DNA of 60,484 nucleotides, counting the filler, from Basidiobolus ranarum (taxonomy: Eukaryota), in assembly GCA_040143965.1 (NCBI GenBank). It is 13 parts of 13 records of this genome, joined end to end, with 100 filler letters (N's around TTAATTAATTAA, not from the genome) between each part and the next. Parts side by side here need not be neighbours in the genome. Positions count along the whole stretch, not along the records: positions 28,015 to 32,576 come from JASJQH010001915.1; positions 32,677 to 37,234 come from JASJQH010001916.1; positions 37,335 to 41,888 come from JASJQH010001917.1; 10 more parts are not named here. One strand, given 5' to 3'. Under the pieces are notes generated by a model. It did no database searches. It was not told the origin of the DNA and saw only the letters and a list, made by a program, of their open reading frames with translations. Of the stretch, positions 29,330 through 41,063 are shown piece by piece. The translations under genes were made by a program, and so were the position numbers. How positions within the stretch are numbered: the first letter of the stretch is position 1; every line of letters starts with the position of its first letter.

Positions 29330-30005
29330 AATGATCCTCAAGCTTGTGTTAGGGCTAGGATAACTCCGCAGTATCTTCAATTTCAACAGTGCTAGCAAAA
29401 CTTTGAGGTAAAGTACTGCTAGTGGACTTGCTGGATAAGACTAAAGTAGTCTTTTAATTTTTTACTGTGGAAATTAGTATGCCTAAACACCTATATAGTC
29501 GTGTATATCTTAGTAACTAGCTATCTCATATTGCACAAAGATGTTATCCATTAATCTCAAACATGATTTACTTAGAATAGTTGTACTAGCTTATATGTTT
29601 GCAGATATATGGATTTTTCAAACTTGTGCTATTTGCCCCAAGCTTTGCACATATGCTCCTATAATATTCCTTAACACATTTTACATGGTAGTTTGATTAC
29701 ATCCTGACAAAGCTATAAAGGTCAACTTTCTCCTCAACAAAACAACAAGTGAAAACCATTAATTTCTCCAACTCCCCAAACCACTTCCAAGGGGCTCTTG
29801 AATACTTTAACAGCTACTATTGATACTCAACAGGCTTTGTACAGAGACTGTGCTTGTGATGATTTCTTCTATGAGAACACTGGCCAGCATGGTACCAGCA
29901 TTTGTGACAATAATAGTTGGTCTTCCTTAAATATTTGTGTTGCGGCAGGGGAAGAATATTGCTGTAGAAAAAAGCACCTTCACTACATCAGGGTTGTATG
30001 TTAGG
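29330..30005 (-). mobile_element. CACTA 5'-region fragment interrupted by a solo LTR
   Basis: Both flanks of the LTR align colinearly with 40060-40400. Confidence 0.65.
29466..29812 (+). repeat. Solo LTR, family B
   Basis: TGTGGAAATTAG...ATACTTTAACA; homologous to 53421-53767. Confidence 0.8.
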
Positions 30006-30009
30006 TATA

Positions 30010-30817
30010 TCCAATTACAATGATTTGCTGAATCTAAGGTATCAAAAGCCTTGGAAGGCATCTGTTAAACAAGTTCTGCTACCAACAAAAAGTTTTAAGA
30101 AGAAAGTGTTTTAACTCAAAGATGAGACCAGGAGAAGACATTGAATCACTAATGATGGAGTTACTACTTTAGTGGATGAAATGGAATGCATTGGAGTACC
30201 TACTACTGATCAAGATAGCATAGTTACAGTCCTGAATACCTAGCCACATAGGTCTCAGAGCCTAGTAATTGCTCCAGAATCAAAAACTAAAAATTAGACC
30301 TTAAATTATATATTTGGCTGAATACTGAATGAAGACTTATGCAAATTGGGATCCAGGCACATGAATGAAGAAAATTCTTTAGTAGGCTATGGGAAACCTT
30401 CCTGTAAAGGTAAAAAGCCCTTCAAGAAGAAAAGTAACACACTGTGTGATCACTGTAAGAGAATTGGTTATTTAAGCTAAGATTGCTTTAAAAGAATTGC
30501 TAAAGGAAAACATACTGAATCTGGAAATGTGGTTACCACATAGGATCACTAGTTCATATCTGCTCTATCAATGAATACCAACAAAGACTCTAAGATGTGG
30601 TATATGGATCCTGCAACCTTGCAACATTTTACAAATGTAAAACAATGGTTCAAGAATTATGTACAAATCCCATTTAGAAAGGTTTTCTTGTGTGATGACC
30701 ACACATTAGATGCTATTGGAATGGAAACAATTCATGTTGATTTAACTAGAGCTTCTGAAGAGAAAGTGTATACTTTTGAAGATGTACTATATGTTCCAGA
30801 TATTGCTAAGAGCTTAA
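30010..30817 (+). mobile_element. Copia gag/protease remnant
   Basis: CDHCKRIGYL..DC zinc knuckle, WYMDPATLQHFT (DSGA-derived), DVLYVPDIAKSLI. Confidence 0.8.
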
Positions 30818-31634
30818 TATGCTGGCTAATGATTTTACTTAACCTAAATCTTCCTCTTTCTGAGCAGTATAAGAGTCGTAATATTTTGATACTATCCATC
30901 ATATCTGGACCTAAATCACCAGTGCTTATAGATATCTTCTTGGAGCCTTGGATTGTGGAAGTTGAATGGTTATTGATTGGGGTCAAGATGGGTGAATATT
31001 TTATTCAAGCTATTATCATTGTATGTATTGGTGACACTCCTGCCATTAGTAAACTTGGAGGTCTTTGCATGCACAATGCATGATCTTGCTGCAGATATTG
31101 TCAAATCAATGAAGTTGACTCTATTGGGCATATGCATTACTACTATCCAAATACAAAACTAAACTCCATGACGTTACCATTAAGAGGCTGGTCAAATTTC
31201 AATATGATCACTGATATCAATTCAACAAATAGTCAGTCTAACATCAAACTTGTTATTAGCCATAAGCCTATCATTATATTGCTAAAGGGGATCAGCTGTA
31301 GCCAGAGCTTCACATTAGGCAGTATGCACTTATTATTCAACAACATTCCAATACCACCTACACAGCTACATAGTCAAAAATTGCATCACCCCACATTGGC
31401 AGATCTCAGGCAGCTACAACAACTCTGCAAAGTTTTTGTAATTGGACATGAAAAACTTATTACAGGTTTAAAGAAGATAGACTGAATCCATGCTGGTATT
31501 CAATATATTCCCTGCTGCATCTTCCTCAATGCTTAGAGATTAAAGGCCTTTGCTATACATTATTGGAGTTCCCAATGGAGCACACCTGTGGTGAAATGAT
31601 GCTCCATGTGAAATTATCAGTATTACCCTATGCT
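30818..31634 (+). mobile_element. CACTA transposase fragment, internally deleted
   Basis: NLNLPL..YKSRNIL..ISGPK, GDTPAISKLGG, SMHLLFNN, FPMEH.CG; parallels 38300-39360. Confidence 0.8.
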
Positions 31635-31637
31635 CAT

Positions 31638-32576
31638 CCCTAACAAAAATAAAATTGGTTTGATCTGGATTGGATCCACCCACCAAAATAGCAAAACTGT
31701 CAGAGAATGGTCACAATATTGTTGGCTTGCATTCTGCCATGGATTTTGATGGTGTGATGGCAGTTTCTTGACAGTACCTTAACAGTACCCATACATGTTA
31801 AAATATTGATCCTCAAATTTGGCATGCATTATTCAATATCCAGCAATTGTTGCAAAAATATAATTTTCAAATGGCAAACTACGGGATTTACTGCTGTAGG
31901 AATTCAAATTAGTATGCATGCCTTTATTAAGATATCTTAGGCTTTGTATTCCAGCCATAATGAGAATCAAAAAATACAAGAATCTTGTTGTGTTTAGTCT
32001 CTACATATGCACATACTTGACTGATTAGACATAACTCAACAATGTCAATATGCTTCACCAGCAAATTAACAGTGGAAAAATTGCTAAACATCTGAAATTT
32101 TGAATAGCACTGACACTTGGCCAATAGCTGACTCTTGTTACCATTCACAATGAGAGTAGGCTCTTGATATTGGCATATATCTGTAAAGAATTCAGCCAAT
32201 ATATTCCCAACTTGCAGTCAACAAATGTCCTGCCACAAGTAGATGTATCATTGCTTGAATAGATTACCCCATGGCTAATACAATAATACAGCATATTCCC
32301 ATCTATGTCACCAGGAAGTCTGTCTTGCAGCTTTCCTATAAATACCATCAGATTATCACACAAGCAAATTAGTCCAATTATAAAGGTACTTACTCTGTAT
32401 CCATGGATTGGTCTCTGTTGCTGTTATTGTGCTCAAACAATGCAAAAATCCATGAGCAGATTGAAAAGAGCCCTTTGCTGGCAGGTTCATATACTCTGGA
32501 GTCTCCTTAACCCATTGCATTATATCCATCACTGATTTTGCTGATAAATTATTAATCAAATTAGCATATGGTAATA
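31638..32576 (-). mobile_element. 3' end of a second CACTA copy with candidate terminus CCCTAACAAAAA
   Basis: Colinear with 37444-38290; homology of the plus-strand copy stops at about 31634. Confidence 0.7.
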
Positions 32577-32676
32577 NNNNNNNNNNNNNNNNNNNNNNNN
32601 NNNNNNNNNNNNNNNNNNNNTTAATTAATTAANNNNNNNNNNNNNNNNNNNNNNNNNNNNNNNNNNNNNNNNNNNN

Positions 32677-33252
32677 GAGTATATTCACCTGCCAACAAAG
32701 GGCTCTTTTCAATGTGCTCACGGGTTTTTGCATTGTTTGAGCATAATAACAGCAACAAAGCCCAATCCATGGACACAGAGTAAGTACTGCTATAATTGGA
32801 CTAATTTTCTTGTGTGATAATATGATGGTATACTTGGGAAAGCTGCAAGACAGACTTCTTAGTGATATAGATCAAGAAACACAGTATAAACAGCCTATAA
32901 TTAACCAAAATTGCCATCCATTATCAGAAATATCTTGTAAATCCCCTGATGACTCATCTGTGACACTATCTCAGAATCAGCTGATGATATTGATGGGCTA
33001 TACCTCAAATACTACCCTTATGCAGGATGTGTTCTTTTTTCTACCATACCCATCTCATGCCACAATGCAAATGTTTAAAGAAGGCCTGCTATTTTTGTCA
33101 CAGATTCTTGCGCTATGAAAGCTGGAGGCTTCATAGAAAAAATGATCACAAGCATGTCCACTGCACAAAGCCAACACCTGCACAAAGCCTGGTCAATATC
33201 AACAATAATAAGTGCACAAAATTGACTATAGTTTTGCCCACTGAGTCCACTG
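32677..33252 (+). mobile_element. Rearranged CACTA fragments (3' piece followed by 5' piece)
   Basis: 32677-32885 is the reverse complement of about 32290-32495; 32910-33252 is the reverse complement of about 40145-40475. Confidence 0.75.
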
Positions 33253-33299
33253 ATTGTGTCATGATTCTGATCTCAGCATGCTGATCCACTGCAAATAGA

Positions 33300-35019
33300 A
33301 CTCTTATATTATTAGATTATGACATCATATCTGCTGTGCCATCCTTTCTTGGCAACCTTGTGTTAGTTCATCTAGATTACTTTATATGGAAGTCATGTTC
33401 TTTGGAACATTGCATGAAACCTAACCAATTGTGTCATCCTACACATAGTGTATTTCCACCAAGACCTTCCATGGAAGGTCTCCTGATCACCCTTGCATCA
33501 TCCTTACATCATCCCTCTTTGTATTGGTCCTTGTAGTCCCCAAGATCCCAACTCTCAAACTTGCCACAGTATAATCCCTATTCAGCATATTATGTTTCAC
33601 CTTGCAATATCTATATAAGCCCCATGTATTGCTTGATAAGACCTCAGTCTGATCAACATCAGTTATCAATAAAGATTCTTGCCAAAGTATCTTCCTTGTC
33701 CAGTCTTGTCTTGTTGTCTACACCCAAGTACTCTCCTGCCTTCTAGCCTCTTGTTATTGTTTCCAGTCCTTGTGCAGTTCCTTAATGTTACAATGTCAGA
33801 GCATATCATCTACCTTGAGGTTTGTGTTTGATTGTTATGGCTTGTTCAAGCTCAGTAAGAGCTTCACTATCTCTCTCAACCCATTGTGTTGGTCTTATGG
33901 GGGTATGCATTGTAACAGATTGCTGTCTTAGTAGATCACTCTCAGGTGTCAGATCATCATCCAAAAAAGGGGAAGGTTCAATAATTCTTAGGGTTTGCCT
34001 TTGTTGCTATGGCACAGTAGTCACATTAAACTAGTATGTCTTTCTGGTGGCATACTCCTTGGAGCTGACTCTTCTCCAGATGTAAAAAGCTCACTGGTTG
34101 GTTTGGTTGAATTAGGTAAATCGCATGCTATGATGTGTGATAATGTGGGCCATCCTCTTTCCAGTTCTTCATTGACTGCTTGCTCTTCATCAAAGATGGG
34201 AGAAACATCACCAACTCTTCCAAGCTGGCATTGCTGTTGATGTGTGCTACTAGCTGATGAGCCAGCTTGTAGGGCTCTTGCCCTTGTTGGAGGTGCTACC
34301 TCAATTTTAGTGGTGACTTGTGTAGATTCCTCTTGTGAACTAGATACCTTGTCCAGAGTCTCTTTGATTCATTGTGATCTAGTATGTCTCTGCAATGGTC
34401 TAGACTGCTCCAACTTGCCTTTGGGAATATCTTCTGATTGAATAAATTGTCTTGCTTTTCTCTTTACATCTCAGTTGATTACTCTTACCATAGTGTCCTG
34501 AAATGTTGTTTTGAACTCTGCAACCTCCATCAACAGTTGCTGCAAAGTCTCTTTGAGTAGTGGTAGATATATATTTAGAACATCTTTTGTCTCTCAAGTG
34601 GAGGCAGCAACAGTTGCTTCTGGTCCATACAAGCGTAAATGCAATTGGAATTGTGTCTTTATGGACTCAATATCAAAATTACTATTTCTCAATTCACGCT
34701 TTCTATCCTCATGAGTCTTGTTATATATTTTCTTGCAGACTTCTGAAGGCATGAAAATATAGTATTCTCTCTAAAGCAGAGTCAAAAGTTGCTTCCACTT
34801 TTGTCCAATGTACTCTTCCCCAGCTTCAGTCAAGTTTATCAATAACTCCCATTTATCTAAGCAAGAATTCATAGTGGATACCTGGCCATCTGTAAAATCA
34901 TTAGGCGTGCACTGCTTCATGCCGCCCACACCTTCATTTGACTGCATGTGAAAAATTTTGGAAGTGGTGGTTTCCTGTACCAAAGTAGGTTGTGAATCAG
35001 GAAGAATTTGTTTTGACAT
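33300..35019 (-). pseudogene. Decayed second ORF of the Harbinger-like element, with a Myb/SANT-like N-terminal region
   Basis: One frame runs from 35019 to about 34020 with few stops, mostly TGA. FTDGQV..MNSCL...QKWKQLLTLL*REY.IF.PSEVCKKIYNK...RKRE resembles a trihelix/MADF domain. It is divergent from the transposase. The left boundary is approximate. Confidence 0.5.
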
Positions 35020-35394
35020 GATACATAACTACCTTAAATATGTATTTATGATGTTAAACTCTATTGGTTTCAATTAGAAATAGGGATCTTTTTATATTAT
35101 TGGTTAATATGTCAAAGTTAATTTTATATAGTGTGATCAAGCATAATGCATTACACTTGAGCCATTTCAATACATAGGCTAAATAAATTAGTTTGGATTG
35201 AGCTATGATTAACTTTGCTGATGCAGTTTATTATATAATTTACATGCAATTACACATAATTGAAATAATTAGGATAATAAATGCAAACAGAAATTTTGTT
35301 ATACAGAATGTAAGGAATTTTACCATGATAATTGAAATTCTTAGATAAAAAACTTGCATGCTCCAGATCAATCAGTATTGTGCCAGATCAATAC

Positions 35395-36291
35395 ATGGTT
35401 AATATCATGCTCTCCATCTACTCTAAATGGTCATTCCTCCTTAATCCAAAAGCAACTACTGGCTTTCTTATCACCACCCTAGTAGCTATATTTGAGAAAT
35501 ACTGTAGCTCATTTACTCCAATACCTACCAGAAAGCAGCTAGTCAATTTGTTTTGTTACTACAAAAACTATTGTCCAATCAGATTTTGGTGCACTATTAA
35601 TTTTGGCAAAAGTGGGAGAAGCTTCCATACTAGGCTTCAAGTAAGTGAGAATTATCTAGCTTCAGTGATGAATGATGTTGAAGGTGCCTGGGACAAAAGA
35701 TTTAGAGACTCTTATTTCCTTCCACTTCATGGCATATTTCCCAATAGAGTTCATATCAGAAGTATTCTTGATACATTTCTAGCCAGAATTAACAGGCCCA
35801 AAAGCAACCAAAAGCTATTCTATTCAGGCAAGTACAAAGCCCACTTTGTAAAGTTCCAGTCTTTAACAGATTTGGAAGGAGACATCATTTGGTTCAGTAG
35901 GCCACATCCAGGGAAACACCATGACATAAGGCTTTGGGTTGAGAGGCATGCACCATTTGTAACAGATGAGCAGACTATGGCTGATTTGGCATATGTTGGG
36001 GAAGAATGCAGAAGGCTAGCATGTGTTATTGCTAACAAGACATCAAGAGGAGGGATACTAATAGAGAGGCAAAAGCTCTATAATGACATTTTTTCCCATT
36101 TTAGAGCAAGAGTAGAACATAGCTTTGGTTTCCCAAAGAGATATAGTATTGTAGCAGGAAAGTATAGAGGAAAATCATTTTGTGGGCCTCAAATAAAGTT
36201 AGGCAAAGTAGTCAAAATCTTGATTAATTCTCAATATATTCATACTCAAAGATACGCATTGAGAGCTGCAGACTTAAGACATTATGAATAA
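35395..36291 (+). CDS. IS5/ISL2-PIF/Harbinger family DDE transposase (DDE_Tnp_4), 298 aa from the first ATG
   Basis: ILDTF...FYSGKYKAHFVKFQ...PGKHHDIRLW...MADLAYVG...QKLYNDIFSHFRARVEHSFG; catalytic D/D/E residues present, no stops. Confidence 0.85.
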   Translation: MVNIMLSIYSKWSFLLNPKATTGFLITTLVAIFEKYCSSFTPIPTRKQLVNLFCYYKNYCPIRFWCTINFGKSGRSFHTRLQVSENYLASVMNDVEGAWDKRFRDSYFLPLHGIFPNRVHIRSILDTFLARINRPKSNQKLFYSGKYKAHFVKFQSLTDLEGDIIWFSRPHPGKHHDIRLWVERHAPFVTDEQTMADLAYVGEECRRLACVIANKTSRGGILIERQKLYNDIFSHFRARVEHSFGFPKRYSIVAGKYRGKSFCGPQIKLGKVVKILINSQYIHTQRYALRAADLRHYE

Positions 36292-36472
36292 AGCTTTCAT
36301 TATCTTTTGAATGTGAATAATGTCTAAAAGTACTTTTCTTAAATATACCACATAAGTAAAATAAACTGTTTCCACAATGGTAAATAACATTGTGCCAGAT
36401 AGTGCCTAATCATGCCAATTTGTGCTGGCATACTTTTTAGCTGGCCTGATCTGGCTCAATAAAATGGAACAA

Positions 36473-36796
36473 GTCTATAAGAGTAACTTCTTACCATGCT
36501 TAAAGAAGGTCAACAAGTTATACACAGAAAAGTATATTCCAAAATGGTAAGCTTAGTGTTGCAAAAATCTGTCATAGATGAAGTCTCTATGATTAGAAAA
36601 ACTACTGTACCTTGTGATGAGAACACTTTAAATATCCATATGCAAGCTATTCATCCCAGCCAGTTGGGATATGTGTGCTTGTGTGAAACCCCAGAAGGAA
36701 CAAACATTGGCATTATTAAGGATCTTGCCATGATGTGTTTGCTTTTAAATATCTCTGAAGACAAAGTTCTTGATGCACATAATTGGTTTAAAATTA
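36473..36796 (+). pseudogene. Fragment of a divergent DNA-directed RNA polymerase second-largest subunit (RPB2/RpoB fork region), possibly viral
   Basis: VSMIRK...MQAIHPSQLGYVCLCETPEGTNIGIIKDLAMM aligns with the conserved SHLRR...RxLHxSxxGxxCPxETPEGxxxGLVKNLAL motif. Confidence 0.8.
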
Positions 36797-37234
36797 TTGT
36801 TCCATTTTATTGAGCCAGATCAGGCCAGCAAAAAAGTGTGCTGGCACAAATTGGCATGTTTGGGCACTATCTGGCATAATGTCATTTACTGTTTAGGAAA
36901 CAGTTTATTTTACTTATGTGATATATTTACAAAAAGTAATTTTAGACATTGTTTCACATTCAAAATATCTTGAAAGATTTATTCATAGTGTCTTAAGTCT
37001 ACAGCTCTCAATGGATATATTTGAGTATGATTGTATTGAGAATTAATCAAGATTTTGACTTCTTTGCCTAACCTTGATTGAGGCCCACACAATGAATTTC
37101 AACTATAGTTTCCTGCTACAATGTTATATCTCTTTAGGAAACCAAAGCTATGTTCTACTCTTGCTCTAAAATGGGAAAAATGACATAATAGAGCTTTTTC
37201 CTCTCTGTGAGTATCCATCCTCTTGATGTCTTGT
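36797..37234 (-). mobile_element. Second, inverted copy of the Harbinger-like element 3' end (transposase C-terminus and terminus), cut by contig end
   Basis: Its reverse complement aligns with about 36035-36472 throughout, including TTTAGAGCAAGAGTAGAACATAGCTTTGG and terminal CTGGCCTGATCTGGCTCAATAAAATGGAACAA. Confidence 0.92.
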
Positions 37235-37334
37235 NNNNNNNNNNNNNNNNNNNNNNNNNNNNNNNNNNNNNNNNNNNNTTAATTAATTAANNNNNNNNNN
37301 NNNNNNNNNNNNNNNNNNNNNNNNNNNNNNNNNN

Positions 37335-37443
37335 TAAGTGATACTTGACTAAGTATTGTTAACTAACTTATATGTGATATATGAAATAGTTAGGTGTATA
37401 AAGATGGAAATAATAAATATGATAAAGACAATAAACTTCAACA
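37335..37443 (-). repeat. Partial LTR, family C
   Basis: Matches 41195-41303 and ends ...CTTCAACA; interrupts the CACTA 3' region. Confidence 0.8.
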
Positions 37444-40400
37444 CAGAGAGCCATCACAATATTGGTGGCTTGCATTCTGCCAGGGATCTCAATGGTGCAA
37501 TGATGGCTTCTTGATAGTAGTTTGATGATACCCATACATGTTAAAGTATTGATCCTCATATTTGGCAAGCACTATTTAATTTCCGGCAATTTTTGAATGG
37601 CAAATTACTGGGTTTACTGCTGAAGGAATTTGAACTAATATGCAAGCCTTTATTTATATATTCTAAGCTTTGTATTCTAGCCATAATGAGAATCAAAAAA
37701 AAAAAGAATCTTGTTGTGTTTAGTCTCTACACATGCATATACTTGACTAATCAGACATAACTCAACAACATCACTATGCTTTACCAGCAAACTAATGGTA
37801 CAAAAATTGCTAAACACCTGAAATTTTGAATAGCACTGACACTTGGCAAATAGCTGATACTTGTTACCATTCACAATGAGAATAGGCTCTTGGATTTTGG
37901 CAAATTTCCATAAAGAATTGAGCCAATATATCCCCAACTTGCAGTCAAAAATGTCCTGCCACTGTATAGATCTGTTGTTGCTTGAATAGAATACCCCATG
38001 GCTAAAACAATAATACTGCATATCTTGATCTACCTCACCAAGAAGTCTGTCTTGCAGCTTTTGTATAAATACCATCAGATTATTGCACAAACAAATTAGT
38101 CCAAAATATAGAGGTACTGAGGCTGTGTCCATGGATTGGGTTTTGTTGCTCTTATTGTGCTCAAAAATTGCAAAAACACATGAGCACACTGAAAAGAGCC
38201 TGTTCTTGGAAGGTTAATATACTCTGGAGTCTCCTTAACCCATTGCATTATATCCATCACTGATTTTGCTGATACATTGTTAATCAGATTATCACACAGT
38301 AATACTAACAATTTCACCCAAAGCATCATTTCACTGCAGGCGTGCTCTGTTGGGAACACCCAGAATATATAGCAAGGGCCTATAATCTCTAAGCATTGTG
38401 AAAGATGCAGCGGGAATGTATTGAATACTGGCATAGATTCAGTCTATCTTCTTTAAACTTGTAATAAAGCTTCTCATATCTAATTACAAGATCTTGGCAC
38501 AGTTGCTGTGTCTGCTTGAGATCTGCCAATGTGAGTTGATGCTGGAGGAATATATTAACAATATCCACAAACAACTCCTAATGTTGTCAATACTTATCAG
38601 GCAGAAATATTTTCAAGATTCCACTTGAATATATTCAAATCCAATACTTCCAGTCACTGCATTTGAATAAATGCCTAGATGAGTGGATATTGATGGGAGA
38701 CCTGGTAAAATATGATGGTATCTTGATGTTTTTGAGCATTTTCCCAATCAATTCAAGCTTTGATTCTATCTCAAATAGCTCATTCATATTGAATTTTCCA
38801 CTATACAGCTGAGTAAGTAGTACTGGATTGTTGTTGAATAGTAAGTGCATAGTGCCTAATGGAAAGATCTGGCTCCACCTGATCCCCTTTAGCAATATAA
38901 TCTTAGGCTTATGGCTAATACCAAGCTTGATATTAGACTGACTATTTGATGAATTGGTATCAGTGAGCATGTTATCATCTGACCAGGTTCTTGATGGAAA
39001 AATCATGGAATTTTGTTCTGTATTTGGATAGTAGTAATGTGTAAGCCTGATAGAGTAGACTCCATTGATTTGACAAAATCTACAGCAAGATAGTGCATTG
39101 TGCCCACATAAATCTCCAAGTTTACTGATGGTTGGAGTGTGACCAATACATATAATGATATTAGCTTTAATGAAATATTCACCCATCTGAACCCCATCAA
39201 ATAACTGTTCAAATTCAACAATCAAAGGCTCTAAGAAGCTATTGATAAGCACCATTGATTTAGGTCCATATATCATGGATAGTATGCAAATATTATGACT
39301 TTTAAACCATTCCAAAGGAGGAAGATTTAAGTTAATTAAAATTATTGGCCAGCAAGCCTTGCCAACAGTATATTTGTTTAGTCAGACACCATCCAGAGCT
39401 AATGCAAATGCATGATCATATGTGTTCTCAAAGAAACCTTGACTTTTCAGATTCTGGTAGTGATATCCATCAAGTATATTGTTAATACCATCAGCTTTAC
39501 AATGAGTAGTTTGGTATTGGATCAATGATCAATATTTGGGTGCTTTCATCAAAACTTTAAGACAAAAATCAATAGTAATTAAGCCAAATATGATGATATT
39601 TACCTGATTCAGTGATCACCAATTGTGTACAAACAGTACACAACTTCAGGTTTAGCAGATCACCAGTGAAAGGCAAACAACCACTTGGACATCAAGGTAG
39701 TTTAATTACTGAAGGATTATAAGTCATACAATTGACAAGTGTTTCCACTTGTACCAGGTCTGTGGCAAGCAACAGTTGCCTATCAACTGTGGTAAAAGTG
39801 TAAGAAAACCAGTAAGCACCTGGTCACTATGATTGGATTCAACTCTCCATTCCTCAATAATCAATGCTATTTCCTTTACTCTAAGTGTTATGAGTGGACT
39901 AATGCTTGCCAATAACAAAGAGTCCATAACCAAACCATTATCTTCTTCTTCAACTTCTGATAAACTACCATCAGTACTGGAATAACTAAGGTCAACATCT
40001 AGCAGCATGTCCTCAAAGTTGGCTAGACTTACTGGTTTGACCAAAGTTGCTTTTCTACCCACATCATTCTGGTCATATAACTGTGGTGACTTCACAGTAT
40101 CTTGACTTTTGGCAGTATTATCAAAACTTTGAGGCTAAGCACAGCCAGTGGACTCAGTGGGCAAAACTAAAGTTGATTTTGTGCACTTATCACTGTTGAT
40201 AATCACCTGGCCTTATGCAGCTGGTGGCTTTGTACAGTGACCAGACTTGTGATGATTTTTTCTACAAAGCCTCCAGCTTTCTTTGCACAAGAATCTGAAA
40301 CATTAATAGCAGGGCTTCTTTAAATATTTGTGTTGCAGCATGAGAAGGATATTGTAGAAAAAGAACACCTCCTACATAAAGGTGGTATCTTAGGTATCAG

Positions 40401-40478
40401 CCATCAATAACATCAGCTGATTCTGAGAAGATGTCACAGATGAGTCATCTGGGGATTTACAAGATATTTCTGGTAATA
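37444..40478 (-). mobile_element. Near full-length degenerate CACTA/EnSpm element (Tnp2 transposase, ATG about 40341)
   Basis: SGCLPFTGD, FALALDGV, CWPIILINLNLPP, SFLEPLIVEF, GHNALSCCRFC, TMHLLFNN, FKCSDWK and FWVFPTEHAC pieces in order. Confidence 0.85.
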
Positions 40479-40479
40479 A

Positions 40480-40910
40480 CTGGTCCATATGGATCTCCTC
40501 AGCAAGCTCACTATCCACAAAGCAGCTTCAATATCTGTTTGATGTTGAGTAAATGGATATTTAGTTGAAATTGCTAATATTAATCTAATGGAATTAAGCT
40601 TTGCTATTGGAGCAAATGTTTCTGCATAATCCATTGTTGGGTTTGTGAACAAACTTTGCCTACCAATATAGCCTTATACCTTTCTATATTGCAGTCAGGG
40701 TCATATTTAACTTTAAATGCCCATCAGCAGCCAAATGATTTTCTATCATCAGGTAAGTTGGTTAAAGTCAAAGTTGGATTATCAATCAAAGCCTGGTACT
40801 CATCAGCCATTATAGATCTCCAAAATTTCATGTGAGGGCCATTCCAGGCCTCTTTTACAGTGTGGGATTCATGTATTTGAGCTGTGCAGCTGTAGGGCCA
40901 ACTTAGGGAC
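40480..40910 (-). mobile_element. Copia RT N-terminal fragment
   Basis: EYQALIDN.T..LTNLPDDRK.FGC and DYAETFAPIAKLNSIRLILA. Confidence 0.8.
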
Positions 40911-41063
40911 TCATTGATATAGTAATTAATAGGAAAATATGGGCTGCTCGGAGGAACTTTAGAAAAGTGGAGTTGTGAATAGCTTTGTGTAATAATTATG
41001 TATTGTCCAGAAATAAAGCATTTATACATTATGGTGGAAATACAAAAAACCAACACTGGGCTA

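Noticed and set aside
33300-35019. TnpB/Fanzor or YqaJ nuclease as the partner ORF of the transposase
   Set aside because: No RuvC, zinc-ribbon or PD-(D/E)xK motifs were recognisable in the repaired translation.
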